A DNA stretch of 64,000 nt from an uncultured bacterium (GCA_947085505.1 CAMTWI010000002.1:8681-72680), one strand, 5' to 3'. Positions 41,795-52,566 are shown, counted from the stretch's first letter. Notes: generated from the sequence alone by a model not told the origin. A program made the numbers and translations.

Positions 41795-42808
41795 CTACGA
41801 CGGAAAATTTCTTACTTCGCGTTCAATCTCGATTCCTGTTGCGCTCCGGACACGTTCCGCAACATTGTTTGCAAAAGCATCGACCTCATCGGCGGTTGCA
41901 CCATCCCGCGTAACAAGTACGAGTGGCTGACGCTCAAACAAAGATACATTCCCTTCTGCATATCCGCGAAGATCAAGAACATGGTCGAGAATGAAGGCGA
42001 GCGGTACTTTCACGCCTTGCTCGTTCGGAAATCCTGGAAGATCTGGGTAGTGTTTTTTTAATGATGTGTACGTCTCCTCGGAGATTGTCGGATTCTTAAA
42101 GAACGAGCCGGCAGTACCCACCTGTGTAAGGTCTGGGAACTTGCGGGCGCGTATGGCACGAACTGCGTCACCAATAGATTCTGGTGAGGATAGGTCTACT
42201 CCCTCTGCGAAAGCGTTCGCAAGATCTTTATACCCAACCTGGGGTGCTCCATCCTTGGAAAGCAAAAACGACACCGACGTAATAATGAGGTTCGGTTCTT
42301 TCTTGAACCGGCTGTCGCGATACCCAAATGCGCACTCGGTATTTGTAAAGATACGTTCCTTTCCAGTACTCGCATCTATGGCGTGTACTTCATGCAATGT
42401 GTCCTTCACCTCCGCCCCATACGCCCCTATGTTCTGGACAGGTGCCGCACCCACGGTCCCTGGAATCCCTGCGAGGTTCTCAAGCCCCCACAGCGTGCGT
42501 GCTGCAGCATCTCCAACGAGCGTGTCCCAGTTCACACCCGCACCAACAGAAAGCAATACCGCACCATTGTGTGCGGTTTCAGTTATGCCCGGAATTCTTA
42601 CAAGGAGAATAATGCCTTCGTACCCGCTGTCACCGGCAAGTACGTTACTCCCTTCCCCAAGGACACTCCAGGGAAGATTATGTTCTCGCGCATGGAGGAG
42701 TGCTTCCTGTACGTCCTCTTTGGTTCTGCACTCTGCAACTAAGCGCGCGCGTCCTCCAACGCGCAGCGTTGTTAAGGAGGAGAGCGAAACGTTCTCTTGG
42801 ATACTCAT
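41795..42808 (-). CDS. murB: UDP-N-acetylmuramate dehydrogenase
   Basis: SLTTLRVGGRARL...LGEGSNVL FAD-binding motifs, 337 aa. Confidence 0.9.
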   Translation of the reverse strand: MSIQENVSLSSLTTLRVGGRARLVAECRTKEDVQEALLHAREHNLPWSVLGEGSNVLAGDSGYEGIILLVRIPGITETAHNGAVLLSVGAGVNWDTLVGDAAARTLWGLENLAGIPGTVGAAPVQNIGAYGAEVKDTLHEVHAIDASTGKERIFTNTECAFGYRDSRFKKEPNLIITSVSFLLSKDGAPQVGYKDLANAFAEGVDLSSPESIGDAVRAIRARKFPDLTQVGTAGSFFKNPTISEETYTSLKKHYPDLPGFPNEQGVKVPLAFILDHVLDLRGYAEGNVSLFERQPLVLVTRDGATADEVDAFANNVAERVRSATGIEIEREVRNFPS

Positions 42809-44982
42809 TGGGTCGCAAACATCCGGGCGAGGAGTTCTTCCGCGCTGGCGCGTACTTCCGGATGTGCCTTGATGGTTGCGAGTATTTCTGCCCGTGCTTC
42901 ATTGAAGCGTCCCGCTGCAGCGTACGCTTGAGCAAGCTGGAGTCTTGGTGCTGGTTCTTTAGGCCGAACAAGAACTGCTGCTTGCGCAACCGCAATAAGG
43001 TCATTCCATTGCTTGGTCATGTAGTACGCGTAGAAGAGAGACTCGCTGTGTGGCGTTGTGGTACCGAGTGCCTCCATGAGGATAGCCTTCCCTGCCGCAA
43101 GGTCGCCAGAAAGGATGATCCCAGCTGCGGTAGCTATCGCTACCCTCTGAAAGGACGGATCGAGCTCATACGCGTACTGGTATGTTGCTACCGCGTCTTC
43201 ACGTCTGCCAAGGTCGTAGAGACGGTATGCCCGGTTCAGGTGGAGAACCTGCTTCTGGGGAGACAATTCAATCCCGCGCTCTATTTGTGCAAGACTCTCC
43301 TCAGGAAATCCTGCAGTATCAAACGCAGCAGCATACTGTGTACGTAAGCGTGCATCGTTTGGCGAGGCAGCTACCTCTTTCTCCATTTCTTCAAGCGCGA
43401 ACATGGCAATCTCTTTTCGAAGAGGCGCGGGAATCTCTTCCTCTGCCGCTATCTTTGCGGCGAACATAACAAGCTGTTCGCGTATTTCTTGAGTTGCAAA
43501 TGATCCATCCGCAACCGCTTTCTTGAAGAAGCCTAGATTCTGATCAACGCCTTCCTGGTTCGGGGATATCGCATAAATCAGATGGTGTGCGGCACGCATA
43601 CTCGGCACGTTCACGGTCCAGATAATGACAATGGTGCAAGCAACAAGTGTCAGTCCCGCAACGGCGATTCCTGTCTGGGACCGGAGCTCCGACAGATTCT
43701 CAAGGCGCGTAATCTGCTTTCCTGACGCTGCATGGGCCATAGCGATGAGCATCACGAGTGGCACGTAGCTAAAGAGATTATCAAATACCACGAGCGCCTG
43801 GACCGCATACGCAACGAGCGCACTAATAAGCAGCACGCGCTCTGCCCGTGTCATGTCCGACGCGCGCAGGATTGCAAGCATTGCAAGAAGTAACAGCGCT
43901 ACAAAGAGCACGAACGCAGGAATGCCTCCGGCAACGAGCCAGTCTATGTACATATTGTGGGCCCGATCAAACCATGTCTCCTGCTCGTACAGGGACGGCT
44001 TGTAGTACTTGTTGAAGACTTGATTGAAGCCTTCTTGGCCCCACCCAGTTAATGGGTCTTCTTTCACACCCTCAAGGGCCATGCCCCAAATGGTCGAGCG
44101 CACGCGCAGCTCTTGGTTTAACGAAAAGACCGAAGCGGCACGTGAGAGAAATGGATTGCTCTGAACAACAGCACTCCCGCGCACCAGGAAGAGTGTGCCG
44201 GTGAGCACTATAATTGCTACAAGTCCGCCTGCTGTAAGCTTCAAACCAAGGGCGGTATTCCCTCCTTTCCATTCTTTGCGTGAGAGAAAGAGCCAAAGTA
44301 CTGCCGCGAATCCTATTCCCGCAACGAGTCCCAAGAGTGGTCCGCGAGATCCTGTATAGAAGAGGATGAGTCCCGCGAGCGGAATGAATGCAAGAAGGGC
44401 GTATCGTGCCCATCCCTCGCTACGGATAGCCAGCCAGCCAGCGGCAAAAATCCCAAACATAAGATACACCGCAAGGTATATGGCGTTTCCCAAGGAAGCG
44501 GTAAGACGGAGGCTACCCTGATGAATTTCGGCACCGCCGCCCAGCTGGATGAGTCCGTACGCACATACTGCTGTTGCAACCGACACGAAGAACAGCCACC
44601 ATCGGCGCCAGAGCTTTTCAACGGTAAGCACGGCTCCCGCAACGATAAAGAGCGCGAAGATGTGCACGAGTGTTACCCACCCGTCCATACGCTCGAAGTT
44701 GCTCCAGAATGCCTTATGCGGGTTCACGCCAAGCAGGTTCGCGATAGCCATCCATGCAACAAGTCCTGCGAACGTGACAAACATCCATGAGAATCGCGGA
44801 CGGTATCGCTTGTCCAGAAGCGTGAGCAACACGTAACTGGCGAGTGCTATCTCCACAAGAATACGGAATGCGAAGTTCTTGCCAGTTATGAACGGGAAGA
44901 ACAGCTCGTTCGATACATATAAAGGAAGGAACGGGATGGTGAAGAGCGCAATAATGGCGGTCCAGCGGGCGGCTTGTTTCAT
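42805..44982 (-). CDS. O-antigen ligase (Wzy_C)-like polytopic membrane protein with C-terminal TPR repeats
   Basis: About 12 hydrophobic segments with YTGSRGPLLGLVAGIGF (ligase-like loop). The C-terminal 250 aa carry TPR-like A..Y..A...P repeats. Confidence 0.6.
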   Translation of the reverse strand: MKQAARWTAIIALFTIPFLPLYVSNELFFPFITGKNFAFRILVEIALASYVLLTLLDKRYRPRFSWMFVTFAGLVAWMAIANLLGVNPHKAFWSNFERMDGWVTLVHIFALFIVAGAVLTVEKLWRRWWLFFVSVATAVCAYGLIQLGGGAEIHQGSLRLTASLGNAIYLAVYLMFGIFAAGWLAIRSEGWARYALLAFIPLAGLILFYTGSRGPLLGLVAGIGFAAVLWLFLSRKEWKGGNTALGLKLTAGGLVAIIVLTGTLFLVRGSAVVQSNPFLSRAASVFSLNQELRVRSTIWGMALEGVKEDPLTGWGQEGFNQVFNKYYKPSLYEQETWFDRAHNMYIDWLVAGGIPAFVLFVALLLLAMLAILRASDMTRAERVLLISALVAYAVQALVVFDNLFSYVPLVMLIAMAHAASGKQITRLENLSELRSQTGIAVAGLTLVACTIVIIWTVNVPSMRAAHHLIYAISPNQEGVDQNLGFFKKAVADGSFATQEIREQLVMFAAKIAAEEEIPAPLRKEIAMFALEEMEKEVAASPNDARLRTQYAAAFDTAGFPEESLAQIERGIELSPQKQVLHLNRAYRLYDLGRREDAVATYQYAYELDPSFQRVAIATAAGIILSGDLAAGKAILMEALGTTTPHSESLFYAYYMTKQWNDLIAVAQAAVLVRPKEPAPRLQLAQAYAAAGRFNEARAEILATIKAHPEVRASAEELLARMFATQ

Positions 44983-45093
44983 AGTATGGCCAGTATACTA
45001 CCCGCCGGGCAGGGTACCAGAATCTGCGACCTTAGAGGCTACCTGGTACGTTATAGACAATACGGCACCTATTGGTGCTACGATTCATCTCAT

Positions 45094-46371
45094 ATGAAAG
45101 TGCTCAGATTCCGCCTCATGTCCCTTCTGCGCTGGAGCGAGCAGTATACCAAGACGGATATGGTGTACCTGGCGTCAGGCGGCTCATGGCTTGGTATTGC
45201 TCAGATAGCAGCTTCTCTGGTCGGATTCCTCACAACAGTGGCCTTCGCTAACCTTCTCACCCAAGACACGCTGGGCGAGTACCGCTTCCTCCTTTCAGCG
45301 GTACTCATACTTTCTGTCTTCGCGCTTCCAGGAATGCGTTCGGCGATTCTTGAGTCGACTCCAAAGGGGTTTCGAGGAAATCTTCATGCCGCGTACATAG
45401 CGATGATGCGCTGGGCAACGATTGGTTCAGCGATTGCGCTCGCTACGGCGATGTACTACCTGTGGCAAGGAAATGCGATTCTCTCAATCGGATTCGCCAT
45501 CATTGCACTCCTACTTCCCTTGCTTGATGCGAGTGCGGTGCATCTTGAATATTTAAAGGCGCTTAGAGAGTTTAAGAAGGTTGCGATTTATACTCTCGTG
45601 ACGCGAAGTGTCCTTCTTGTTGCGTCTCTCACTGTCGCATTTATCTACCCTGAGTACGCGTGGGCAGTGCTTGCGGCATTTCTGGTTGGCAGCATTCTTC
45701 CAAATCTTCTCTTCCATAAAAAGACTGTACGTCAGTTCATGCACGCTGGTGATCCGTCTGACCCACAGCTCATGCCCTACGCGCGCCATCTCTCGATTAT
45801 GGTTGCTTTTAGTCTAATTGCTCTTCAACTCGACAAGGTGTTTGTGTGGCACTTCCTTGGCGCTGAAGAACTTGCCCTGTTCTTCATTGCCTATGCGATT
45901 CCTCAAGAAGCTTCGCGCTTCCTTCAAATTATACCGACGCTTGCCTTCCCTAAGTTTGCAGTCAGTACGCCCCAGACCATACGTCGGACACTGATGCCAA
46001 AAATGCTTGTACAGTTTGTAATTACAGCTGTACTTGTAACGGTATATATTCTGCTAGCCCCATTCATATTCAGCATACTGTTCCCTCAGTACATGGCAGC
46101 AGTGCCCTACTCGCAGGTACTCATGCTCTGCGCACTAGGATCGGTATTCCTTCCTATCAGTACGTACTTTACTGCACGTAAAGCAGTTCGAACATTGTAT
46201 TTCCTTTCGGTATTCCTCCCCTTCGTGCGCGTTAGTACTGCGCTCGTGCTCATAGCACTCTTTGGGCTGTGGGGTGCCGTGTATGCGCTTCTTGTAGAAG
46301 CATTTGTTTCCACACTCACTTTTATTCTATTGTTTCTGCGTGAGCCAAAACATTCGAACACGGCAGGTTAA
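45094..46371 (+). CDS. polysaccharide/oligosaccharide flippase (MOP/Wzx-like) membrane protein
   Basis: About 12 TM segments and its glycan-cluster context. Start trimmed to the ATG at 45094 (MKVLRFRL...). Confidence 0.5.
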   Translation: MKVLRFRLMSLLRWSEQYTKTDMVYLASGGSWLGIAQIAASLVGFLTTVAFANLLTQDTLGEYRFLLSAVLILSVFALPGMRSAILESTPKGFRGNLHAAYIAMMRWATIGSAIALATAMYYLWQGNAILSIGFAIIALLLPLLDASAVHLEYLKALREFKKVAIYTLVTRSVLLVASLTVAFIYPEYAWAVLAAFLVGSILPNLLFHKKTVRQFMHAGDPSDPQLMPYARHLSIMVAFSLIALQLDKVFVWHFLGAEELALFFIAYAIPQEASRFLQIIPTLAFPKFAVSTPQTIRRTLMPKMLVQFVITAVLVTVYILLAPFIFSILFPQYMAAVPYSQVLMLCALGSVFLPISTYFTARKAVRTLYFLSVFLPFVRVSTALVLIALFGLWGAVYALLVEAFVSTLTFILLFLREPKHSNTAG

Positions 46372-47504
46372 TCTTCTAGCTGATCTAGAATTGATACGAA
46401 TGAGCTTGCAATTACCCCCACTGAGAAATAGGTCTCGATGCGCTTGCGTGCGGCGAGACCGTACTCTTTTCGAAGGGCGGGGTCCGCGAGCTTCTCGATA
46501 CATCTAGCTAAGTGCTCCGCGTTTCCAGTCTTAAAAATAAGACCTGTTTCTCCTTCCTCCACGTACACATTGCCGCCCACAGTATCACTGGTTATCGTTG
46601 GGAGGCCGCATGCCATTGCCTCTGGAACCACCATGCCAATAGCCTCGCCATGTGTTGGAAGCACCAGTATGTCGTGATCCGCATAGACTTTAGGCATTTC
46701 GCGAGTTGGTACGCACGGAAGAAATATCACCTTATCTTCAACCCCGAGAGACCGTGCCTCTGCGGCAATAGCATCCTTAAGATGGCCTCCGCTTCCTATG
46801 AGTGAGAGCCTGAGATTGATCGATTCGTCAGCAAGCAGACGAAGCGCCCTGAGCATGTCCGTATGCCGCTTGTATGGCACGAACCGAGCATTCATTAGTA
46901 TGCGCACACCATCGTTTAGCGCACTCTTCGATTCAAGGCGTGGTTGAAATAGGACACTATCAACTGGTGCTGGAAGAACCGTTATCCGACACCCTGGCAG
47001 AAGATTCTTAAGGAACGCTTGTTCCTCGGGAGTATAGACAAGGATCGCATCGATATATGCTGCACTCCCTTTCAAAAATCCTATGAAGAACCGTAGCGCC
47101 AGACGAGAAAGAGGATTCTCTGGCCAGCGTCGTGTCTCACTATAGAGTACGAATTTTGTTTCTGGGTGTCTCTTCTTATGTGCCAGGGCTTGAAGCGTGT
47201 ACCAGTGATATACATCGAAAACAACAACGACCGCCGGCATCTCCTTTTCAAGAAAGCGCCGAAGTCCTGATACATACAGTGGAGCTTGTGTTTCGCGTCG
47301 AAGAAACTGCATCAGGCCATGTAGGCCGAAGGTGTGTAATGGCGTGCGCCATATGCGCATGAAGCGCTCTTCTGGAAGCTGAGGCGTGGCCCTTGCAGCA
47401 ATACCTATTAGCCCGTATGTCTCCGAGAGTTGCCCATACAAGGAAACGAGATGTGTCTTGTGGACTACGAGACACACGCTTTTCGTACTTCCTCGCTGTA
47501 CCAT
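46368..47504 (-). CDS. glycosyltransferase family 4 (GT-B)
   Basis: The C-terminal half has LPTHGEAIGMVVPEAMACGLPTITSDTVGG, the E-x7-E GT4 signature. Confidence 0.8.
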   Translation of the reverse strand: MVQRGSTKSVCLVVHKTHLVSLYGQLSETYGLIGIAARATPQLPEERFMRIWRTPLHTFGLHGLMQFLRRETQAPLYVSGLRRFLEKEMPAVVVVFDVYHWYTLQALAHKKRHPETKFVLYSETRRWPENPLSRLALRFFIGFLKGSAAYIDAILVYTPEEQAFLKNLLPGCRITVLPAPVDSVLFQPRLESKSALNDGVRILMNARFVPYKRHTDMLRALRLLADESINLRLSLIGSGGHLKDAIAAEARSLGVEDKVIFLPCVPTREMPKVYADHDILVLPTHGEAIGMVVPEAMACGLPTITSDTVGGNVYVEEGETGLIFKTGNAEHLARCIEKLADPALRKEYGLAARKRIETYFSVGVIASSFVSILDQLED

Positions 47505-47510
47505 ATGCCA

Positions 47511-47519
47511 ATTATATCA
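47511..47519 (-). promoter_or_regulatory. extended -10 TGaTATAAT, 6 nt upstream of the ATG at 47504
   Basis: Minus strand reads TGATATAAT tggcat ATG. Confidence 0.5.
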
Positions 47520-47555
47520 ATCACGCCTCGTTTAACCTTGAACCGGGGTATTCTC

Positions 47556-48377
47556 TCAATCGTTCTTGTACATAAAAGAATTATTGCCGAGATTGTTAGT
47601 TGTTTTAATATTTGTGAGTTGGAATGCCGGATACTCCTTCTTGATAAATCCAAACACTTCCTCAACCGTTGCATACTCATACGGATACCCGCCCACCCAG
47701 TCCACGATATCGCACCAGTAATCCATACCGCGATTCCCTCGATATTCACGCATCATACGTAATGGATTCTGAAACCGCATGAGCGGCGCGAGAATGTAGT
47801 ACACAAAGAGATATGCATACTCAATGCATCTCTTTGTTAGAGTTGATCCTTGTACATAACGCCGTTTTACACCAAGCCAGAAGTTCGAACCTCGACCTCC
47901 ATCTACACGGTTATAGAGCGCAATGTAAAAAAGTCCTCGAGGGGCGACGAGCCGGGCGGCATTTCGTATTGCCTCCCACATGGATCCTGTGTGATGAAGC
48001 ACTCCCCACGAATAGACAATATCGAAGGTCCCGAGACTTTCAATGTACTCAATATCAAGCACCGACCCCTGTTCAATCTTCCAGTGCGAAGGCTTCCCTG
48101 CCTTCTCCCAAAGTGCACGTGTCGCTTCAACAGAATCCTTGTCGAAATCAAAACTAACTATACGCTCGGCACCAAGAAGAAAAGCGGAATATGAGAAGAG
48201 GCCACTGCCGCAGCCAACATCTATGAGGGACTTGTCTTTTAGGTTCTCGAATCCTGTGAATTCAACGATTGATTCTTTGGCAAGATTGACACGTCCTTCG
48301 TCTAAATCAGAAAGAAATGTCTTCCAATTCTTACCGAATCCAAACCGGGCACTTTTTTCACTTGGGCGTATATTCAT
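47556..48377 (-). CDS. class I SAM-dependent methyltransferase
   Basis: LIDVGCGSGLFS motif I. Confidence 0.75.
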   Translation of the reverse strand: MNIRPSEKSARFGFGKNWKTFLSDLDEGRVNLAKESIVEFTGFENLKDKSLIDVGCGSGLFSYSAFLLGAERIVSFDFDKDSVEATRALWEKAGKPSHWKIEQGSVLDIEYIESLGTFDIVYSWGVLHHTGSMWEAIRNAARLVAPRGLFYIALYNRVDGGRGSNFWLGVKRRYVQGSTLTKRCIEYAYLFVYYILAPLMRFQNPLRMMREYRGNRGMDYWCDIVDWVGGYPYEYATVEEVFGFIKKEYPAFQLTNIKTTNNLGNNSFMYKND

Positions 48378-48383
48378 GGAAGC

Positions 48384-48389
48384 ATTATA
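48384..48389 (-). promoter_or_regulatory. consensus -10 TATAAT, 6 nt upstream of the ATG at 48377
   Basis: Minus strand reads TATAAT gcttcc ATG. Confidence 0.5.
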
Positions 48390-48659
48390 GATTGGGCTTT
48401 TTCATTCCGCTAGCAACGACTGTAATGAGTGTGCCACCCGTTATTAAAGACTACATTCGACCTAAGTGCCTTATATGCTTCTCTGGGGCTTGCTCTGTCT
48501 GGTCTTTGAGAACAATCTCAAACATTGGTAAATCGAGCTGTCCTTCCTCGGACCAAAGTGGTACATACTCTGCGAATTCCCAAAGCACTTCTGGAGTTAG
48601 AAGTATCGTGAGAATAACAATCGGTGTCTTGTGGTGGTGAGTTATGGATCTGTCGATAT

Positions 48660-50540
48660 CTATCGAGCAACCCACTTCTCATACCACTTCTGGAACAAAA
48701 ACAGGCGCACGAGGTACGTCTTATCATCCGCACTCCGCGTCGTGAGTCGTTCCTGATACCACGACGCAATTTCAGGAACAATTTTTTCAAGATTCCTCAC
48801 GCCATCAGAAAGTGTCGCGTCGTACGTCCCGTCCAGCATCCAGTCTGCAATCGGTGGCTCAAAGCCCTGCTTGTTACGGTATACGATACCTGCTGGGAGC
48901 ATATCTGTAATGATGTCCCGCATGAGTATCTTGGTGTTTTTGATGCCCGCCTTCCATTTAGATGGAATGCGCTGCGCATATTCGAAGAAACGATAGTCAA
49001 GAAATGGACTCCGGACTTCAAGTGCATGGAACATGGAGGCCCGATCCACCTTTACCAAGAAGGCGTTCGGTAGTGTGTTGAACAACGCATCGTAGATACG
49101 CATTGCCTCGGCATGTGAGTTTCCTCCCCTTTCAAGCGCGTACGCGTACTCTTTACGCATCCGTGCGCGGGCCGATTCCGTTCGTATACCCTTTCCGAGA
49201 GTTGCGCCTGCGAGAAAATTTCCTGGGTCACTAAGACTTGCTCGACAGGCAGCAACAAGCGTACCAAGCTTGGTACGCTTGAGCCTTGATGGCAAGGACA
49301 GCTTCGCAACAACTGCACGCACGAAACGAGGTAGTCTCACGAGAAGATCGAGCTGATAACCCATTACATGTGCTGGGTACCCTCCAAACACCTCATCTCC
49401 GCCATCTCCGGAAAGTGAGACAGTGACGTGCTTCCTCGCATGCTCGCTCACCAGTCGTGTTGGAAAACCAGAATAATCTGCCATGGGCTCGTCATACATT
49501 GTAACGAAGTCATCAACATGCTCCTCAAAGTCTTCCCGCTTGAAGTATGCGTGGTGATGGTTAGTTCCGAGATATGCACGCACGATATCGATATAGGAAG
49601 TTTCGTCGTACCGTCCCTCAAAGCCAATAGAGAACGTGTGTAGCATGGGTGCGTCTATCTGCTTCTTCATTTCTGCAACAATCGCAGAACTGTCGAGACC
49701 TCCTGAGAGAAACGCGCCGACCGGTACGTCTGCATGGAGACGTAGCTTCACTGCATCAGTGAGAAGTTCAGCTCCTTCTTGAATCAGGTCTTTCTTTCGC
49801 CCATGTGGTGCATACCGGGGCAGTTCCCAGTACCGAGCGACACTAACCTCATGAGTAGTGAGGTTGAAGGAAAGATTATGTGCTGCCTCCAGCTTTCGCA
49901 CATTCTTATATATGGTGAGCGGTGCAGGAATGTAACCGAATGAGAAATAAAGCTCTACAGCCTCAGTATCTATATTCGTCGGTTCGTTTATCCTGAGATT
50001 CTCATGGGCAAGGAGTCCTTTTATTTCTGAAGAGAAGAGGAACGTGCTCGCCTCATGATAGTAGTAGAGTGGTTTTACTCCCATTCTGTCACGACTGCAG
50101 AATAGTACGCGCCTCTTTCGGTCATATATACAAAAGGCCCACATGCCGTTAAAGCGGGTGACGCATGACTCCCCCCAGGCCGCATAGCTAGCCAAGATTA
50201 CCTCACTATCTGTTTGGGTCGTGAAGACGTAACCTTCTTTCGATAATTGGTCACGGATATAAGCGTAGTTGTATATCTCACCATTAAATACCAGTCCGTA
50301 GTCGCCAGTCGCCATTCTTTCTGGATGGAATTGCTCCGAAGAGGCTCCTTGGTCCCTTCGATACCACATCGGTTGAGAGCCTGCCGGAGACAAGTCTATG
50401 ACAGAGAGACGGAGATGACCCAGCGAAATCTGTTCATCGGTAAATAATCCGCGAGCATCGGGTCCACGATGACCAATCGCATTATTCATCTTTTCGACTA
50501 CCGTTTTGTTCGAAAAGGTGCCTCCGTTAATTCCACACAT
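48660..50540 (-). CDS. asnB: asparagine synthase (glutamine-hydrolysing) family amidotransferase
   Basis: MCGI N-terminal nucleophile Cys and the SGGLDSS PP-loop, 626 aa. Confidence 0.9.
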   Translation of the reverse strand: MCGINGGTFSNKTVVEKMNNAIGHRGPDARGLFTDEQISLGHLRLSVIDLSPAGSQPMWYRRDQGASSEQFHPERMATGDYGLVFNGEIYNYAYIRDQLSKEGYVFTTQTDSEVILASYAAWGESCVTRFNGMWAFCIYDRKRRVLFCSRDRMGVKPLYYYHEASTFLFSSEIKGLLAHENLRINEPTNIDTEAVELYFSFGYIPAPLTIYKNVRKLEAAHNLSFNLTTHEVSVARYWELPRYAPHGRKKDLIQEGAELLTDAVKLRLHADVPVGAFLSGGLDSSAIVAEMKKQIDAPMLHTFSIGFEGRYDETSYIDIVRAYLGTNHHHAYFKREDFEEHVDDFVTMYDEPMADYSGFPTRLVSEHARKHVTVSLSGDGGDEVFGGYPAHVMGYQLDLLVRLPRFVRAVVAKLSLPSRLKRTKLGTLVAACRASLSDPGNFLAGATLGKGIRTESARARMRKEYAYALERGGNSHAEAMRIYDALFNTLPNAFLVKVDRASMFHALEVRSPFLDYRFFEYAQRIPSKWKAGIKNTKILMRDIITDMLPAGIVYRNKQGFEPPIADWMLDGTYDATLSDGVRNLEKIVPEIASWYQERLTTRSADDKTYLVRLFLFQKWYEKWVAR

Positions 50541-50548
50541 AAATATTT

Positions 50549-51325
50549 TTATAGCGTCTTGATGCCACTATCATGATAGCTGCTTTTCTGGAGAAGAAAA
50601 ATATGTATCGAGGATCCGAGGAGGCGAGCCAACAAGCGTCGCACTGACCACGGGAGATTCTGACCGAACCTGAGCCGACCAGTATAGAACAATCCTCCAC
50701 CGTGCGCTTTAATCACTTGCCATTTCAGACGCAGAAAATGTTTAACCCAGACGTGTGGCATGAAGTGATAGACCTCCATTACAGTATTACCAAATTCGCC
50801 ATGGCGATCACCCACCAGAAAGTCCAGTAGCCCGTTATACCTCCTAAAGCGCGATTGTCCTCCAAGAGCTTTATAGAAAAGTAGCGCAGCTCTCACCGGA
50901 AAGATAATAAAATTTTCGAGCATGTCTCGTAGCTTCCACCAGTGGGTTGGCATGCTGTGAATAGCATGGCCACCTGGTTTCAACACCCGTGCGAGCTCCT
51001 CTTGAAAAGAGTCACGGTGCGCGATATGTTCGAGCACATTCGAGCTGTACACCACATCAAACGACGCATCGGGGAATGGAATATGATGACCATCATAGAG
51101 CGCAACACGGTGATTAGCACTTTCGCGATAATTACTTTCTGCGATTTCCAAGCTTACAACCTCGCCAGCGAGACTTGCAAGAAACTCAGCTTGCACGCCA
51201 GTGCCACCGCCTATCTCTAAAACACGCTTTCCTCGAAAAAGATCACCGTATAGCTCGATGATATCTTGAATCTCCCGTTCGCGGAGTGAATTCAAAAACG
51301 AGATGTTCATATAAGTTTTTGCCAT
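50549..51325 (-). CDS. class I SAM-dependent methyltransferase
   Basis: VLEIGGGTGVQAEFLA motif I. Confidence 0.75.
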   Translation of the reverse strand: MAKTYMNISFLNSLREREIQDIIELYGDLFRGKRVLEIGGGTGVQAEFLASLAGEVVSLEIAESNYRESANHRVALYDGHHIPFPDASFDVVYSSNVLEHIAHRDSFQEELARVLKPGGHAIHSMPTHWWKLRDMLENFIIFPVRAALLFYKALGGQSRFRRYNGLLDFLVGDRHGEFGNTVMEVYHFMPHVWVKHFLRLKWQVIKAHGGGLFYTGRLRFGQNLPWSVRRLLARLLGSSIHIFLLQKSSYHDSGIKTL

Positions 51326-52560
51326 TCAGCAATGATTCTCTCCGGAGAAAAATCAGCAGCAACGAGATCTGCCGTAGCGGCATTGTCTGGCATAGTTCTC
51401 AGTACCTTGGCCAATTCGGTATATGCACCATCCTTCACTTCAAAGAGTGTCGGCTCATCCTCATCTGGAAATGGTGTAACTAGTACACCGCGCGATGCCT
51501 GATACGGGTAGGTAACAGTATCTGACAGCGACAACTCAGGCGCAATAAGTTCCCGCATGCCGCTCGTAGAGTCAACTGAAACTACTGGTACTTCCATAGC
51601 AAGCGCCTCAAGGACAACGTTTGGTAAACCCTCCCAAAGCGAGGTGAGTACGAAACAGCGAGCGTGCCGTAGGAATGGATAAACATTATCCTGTTGTCCA
51701 ATAAAGTGCACCGAGTCTGCAATACCAAGCCGAGCAGCTAGTTGCGGAAGCGCTTCGCGATAGTCTCCATCACCCAAAATGACCAGTGTCGCATCTGGCT
51801 GCTGCTCAAGTAGACGCGCAAAAGCACGTAAGAGATGCCACTGTCCTTTCTGGTACGTAAGGCGACCTATATTGAGATAATATCCACCTTCATCAGCCAG
51901 AAATGCCCATTGCTTTGGTAATGATTCCTTGGCACGTTCTTCAATCAGCACACGATTTATAGGATTATAAATCGTGTGCACGTTTTCCAGACCGAACTCC
52001 GTACGAAGCGTCTCTTCCACACCTCTCGTGACTGCGACTACTGAATCTGCGTGTCGGTAAAGTCTCCGCATCAAGAATTTATAGAAAGGACCGTACCGTC
52101 GCGGATCCATCCGAACAGATACAATTACTTTCAATGGCAGACGGAACAGCAACTTTGCACAAACAACATAGAAGTTTGACTCCTCCAAGAACGAGATGAC
52201 GCTCGTAATTTTGTGTTCTCGGCACACTCGTGCAGTACCGAACATTCTGGCTGTGGCGCGTACGAGTTTTGTGAGACGCCTGCGCCACCGTGGCATTAAT
52301 TGGTAGTCCTTGAGAGCAATACTTAGATTCACGTGCGGCACTATCACATGGTGCTCATTGGTATCTGCATACTGCGTAAGTAACATTGTATTAAGGCCTT
52401 TTTCTTGAAGACCGTTTGCAACCATCGCCGCGACCTTTTCTGCACCACCTCCAACTGCAATAGTCGTGACCGCAACCAAGACTCTCCTAGAGTCTTCACT
52501 TGATCTTGAGGAAGCCATGAGCGTGTTGGCACTCTCCTGCAAAATCGAATTCTCAATCAT
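51307..52560 (-). CDS. glycosyltransferase family 4 (GT-B)
   Basis: GGAEKV N-terminal motif and C-terminal TSLWEGLPNVVLEALAMEVPVVS. Confidence 0.8.
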   Translation of the reverse strand: MIENSILQESANTLMASSRSSEDSRRVLVAVTTIAVGGGAEKVAAMVANGLQEKGLNTMLLTQYADTNEHHVIVPHVNLSIALKDYQLMPRWRRRLTKLVRATARMFGTARVCREHKITSVISFLEESNFYVVCAKLLFRLPLKVIVSVRMDPRRYGPFYKFLMRRLYRHADSVVAVTRGVEETLRTEFGLENVHTIYNPINRVLIEERAKESLPKQWAFLADEGGYYLNIGRLTYQKGQWHLLRAFARLLEQQPDATLVILGDGDYREALPQLAARLGIADSVHFIGQQDNVYPFLRHARCFVLTSLWEGLPNVVLEALAMEVPVVSVDSTSGMRELIAPELSLSDTVTYPYQASRGVLVTPFPDEDEPTLFEVKDGAYTELAKVLRTMPDNAATADLVAADFSPERIIAEWQKLI

Positions 52561-52566
52561 GCGTGC

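Noticed and set aside
42066-42872. A 268-aa plus-strand ORF opposite murB, and similar long antisense ORFs opposite secA, gatB and the glycosyltransferases.
   Set aside because: These are antisense to genes with unambiguous conserved motifs. Their composition is Ser/Arg/Pro-rich, as is typical of shadow frames in roughly 50% GC DNA.
46368-46371. A 4-nt overlap of convergent stop codons (TTAA) between the flippase and glycosyltransferase genes, with no terminator between them.
   Set aside because: The overlap is real but is probably just compact genome packing. No hairpin or other signal suggests a specific mechanism.
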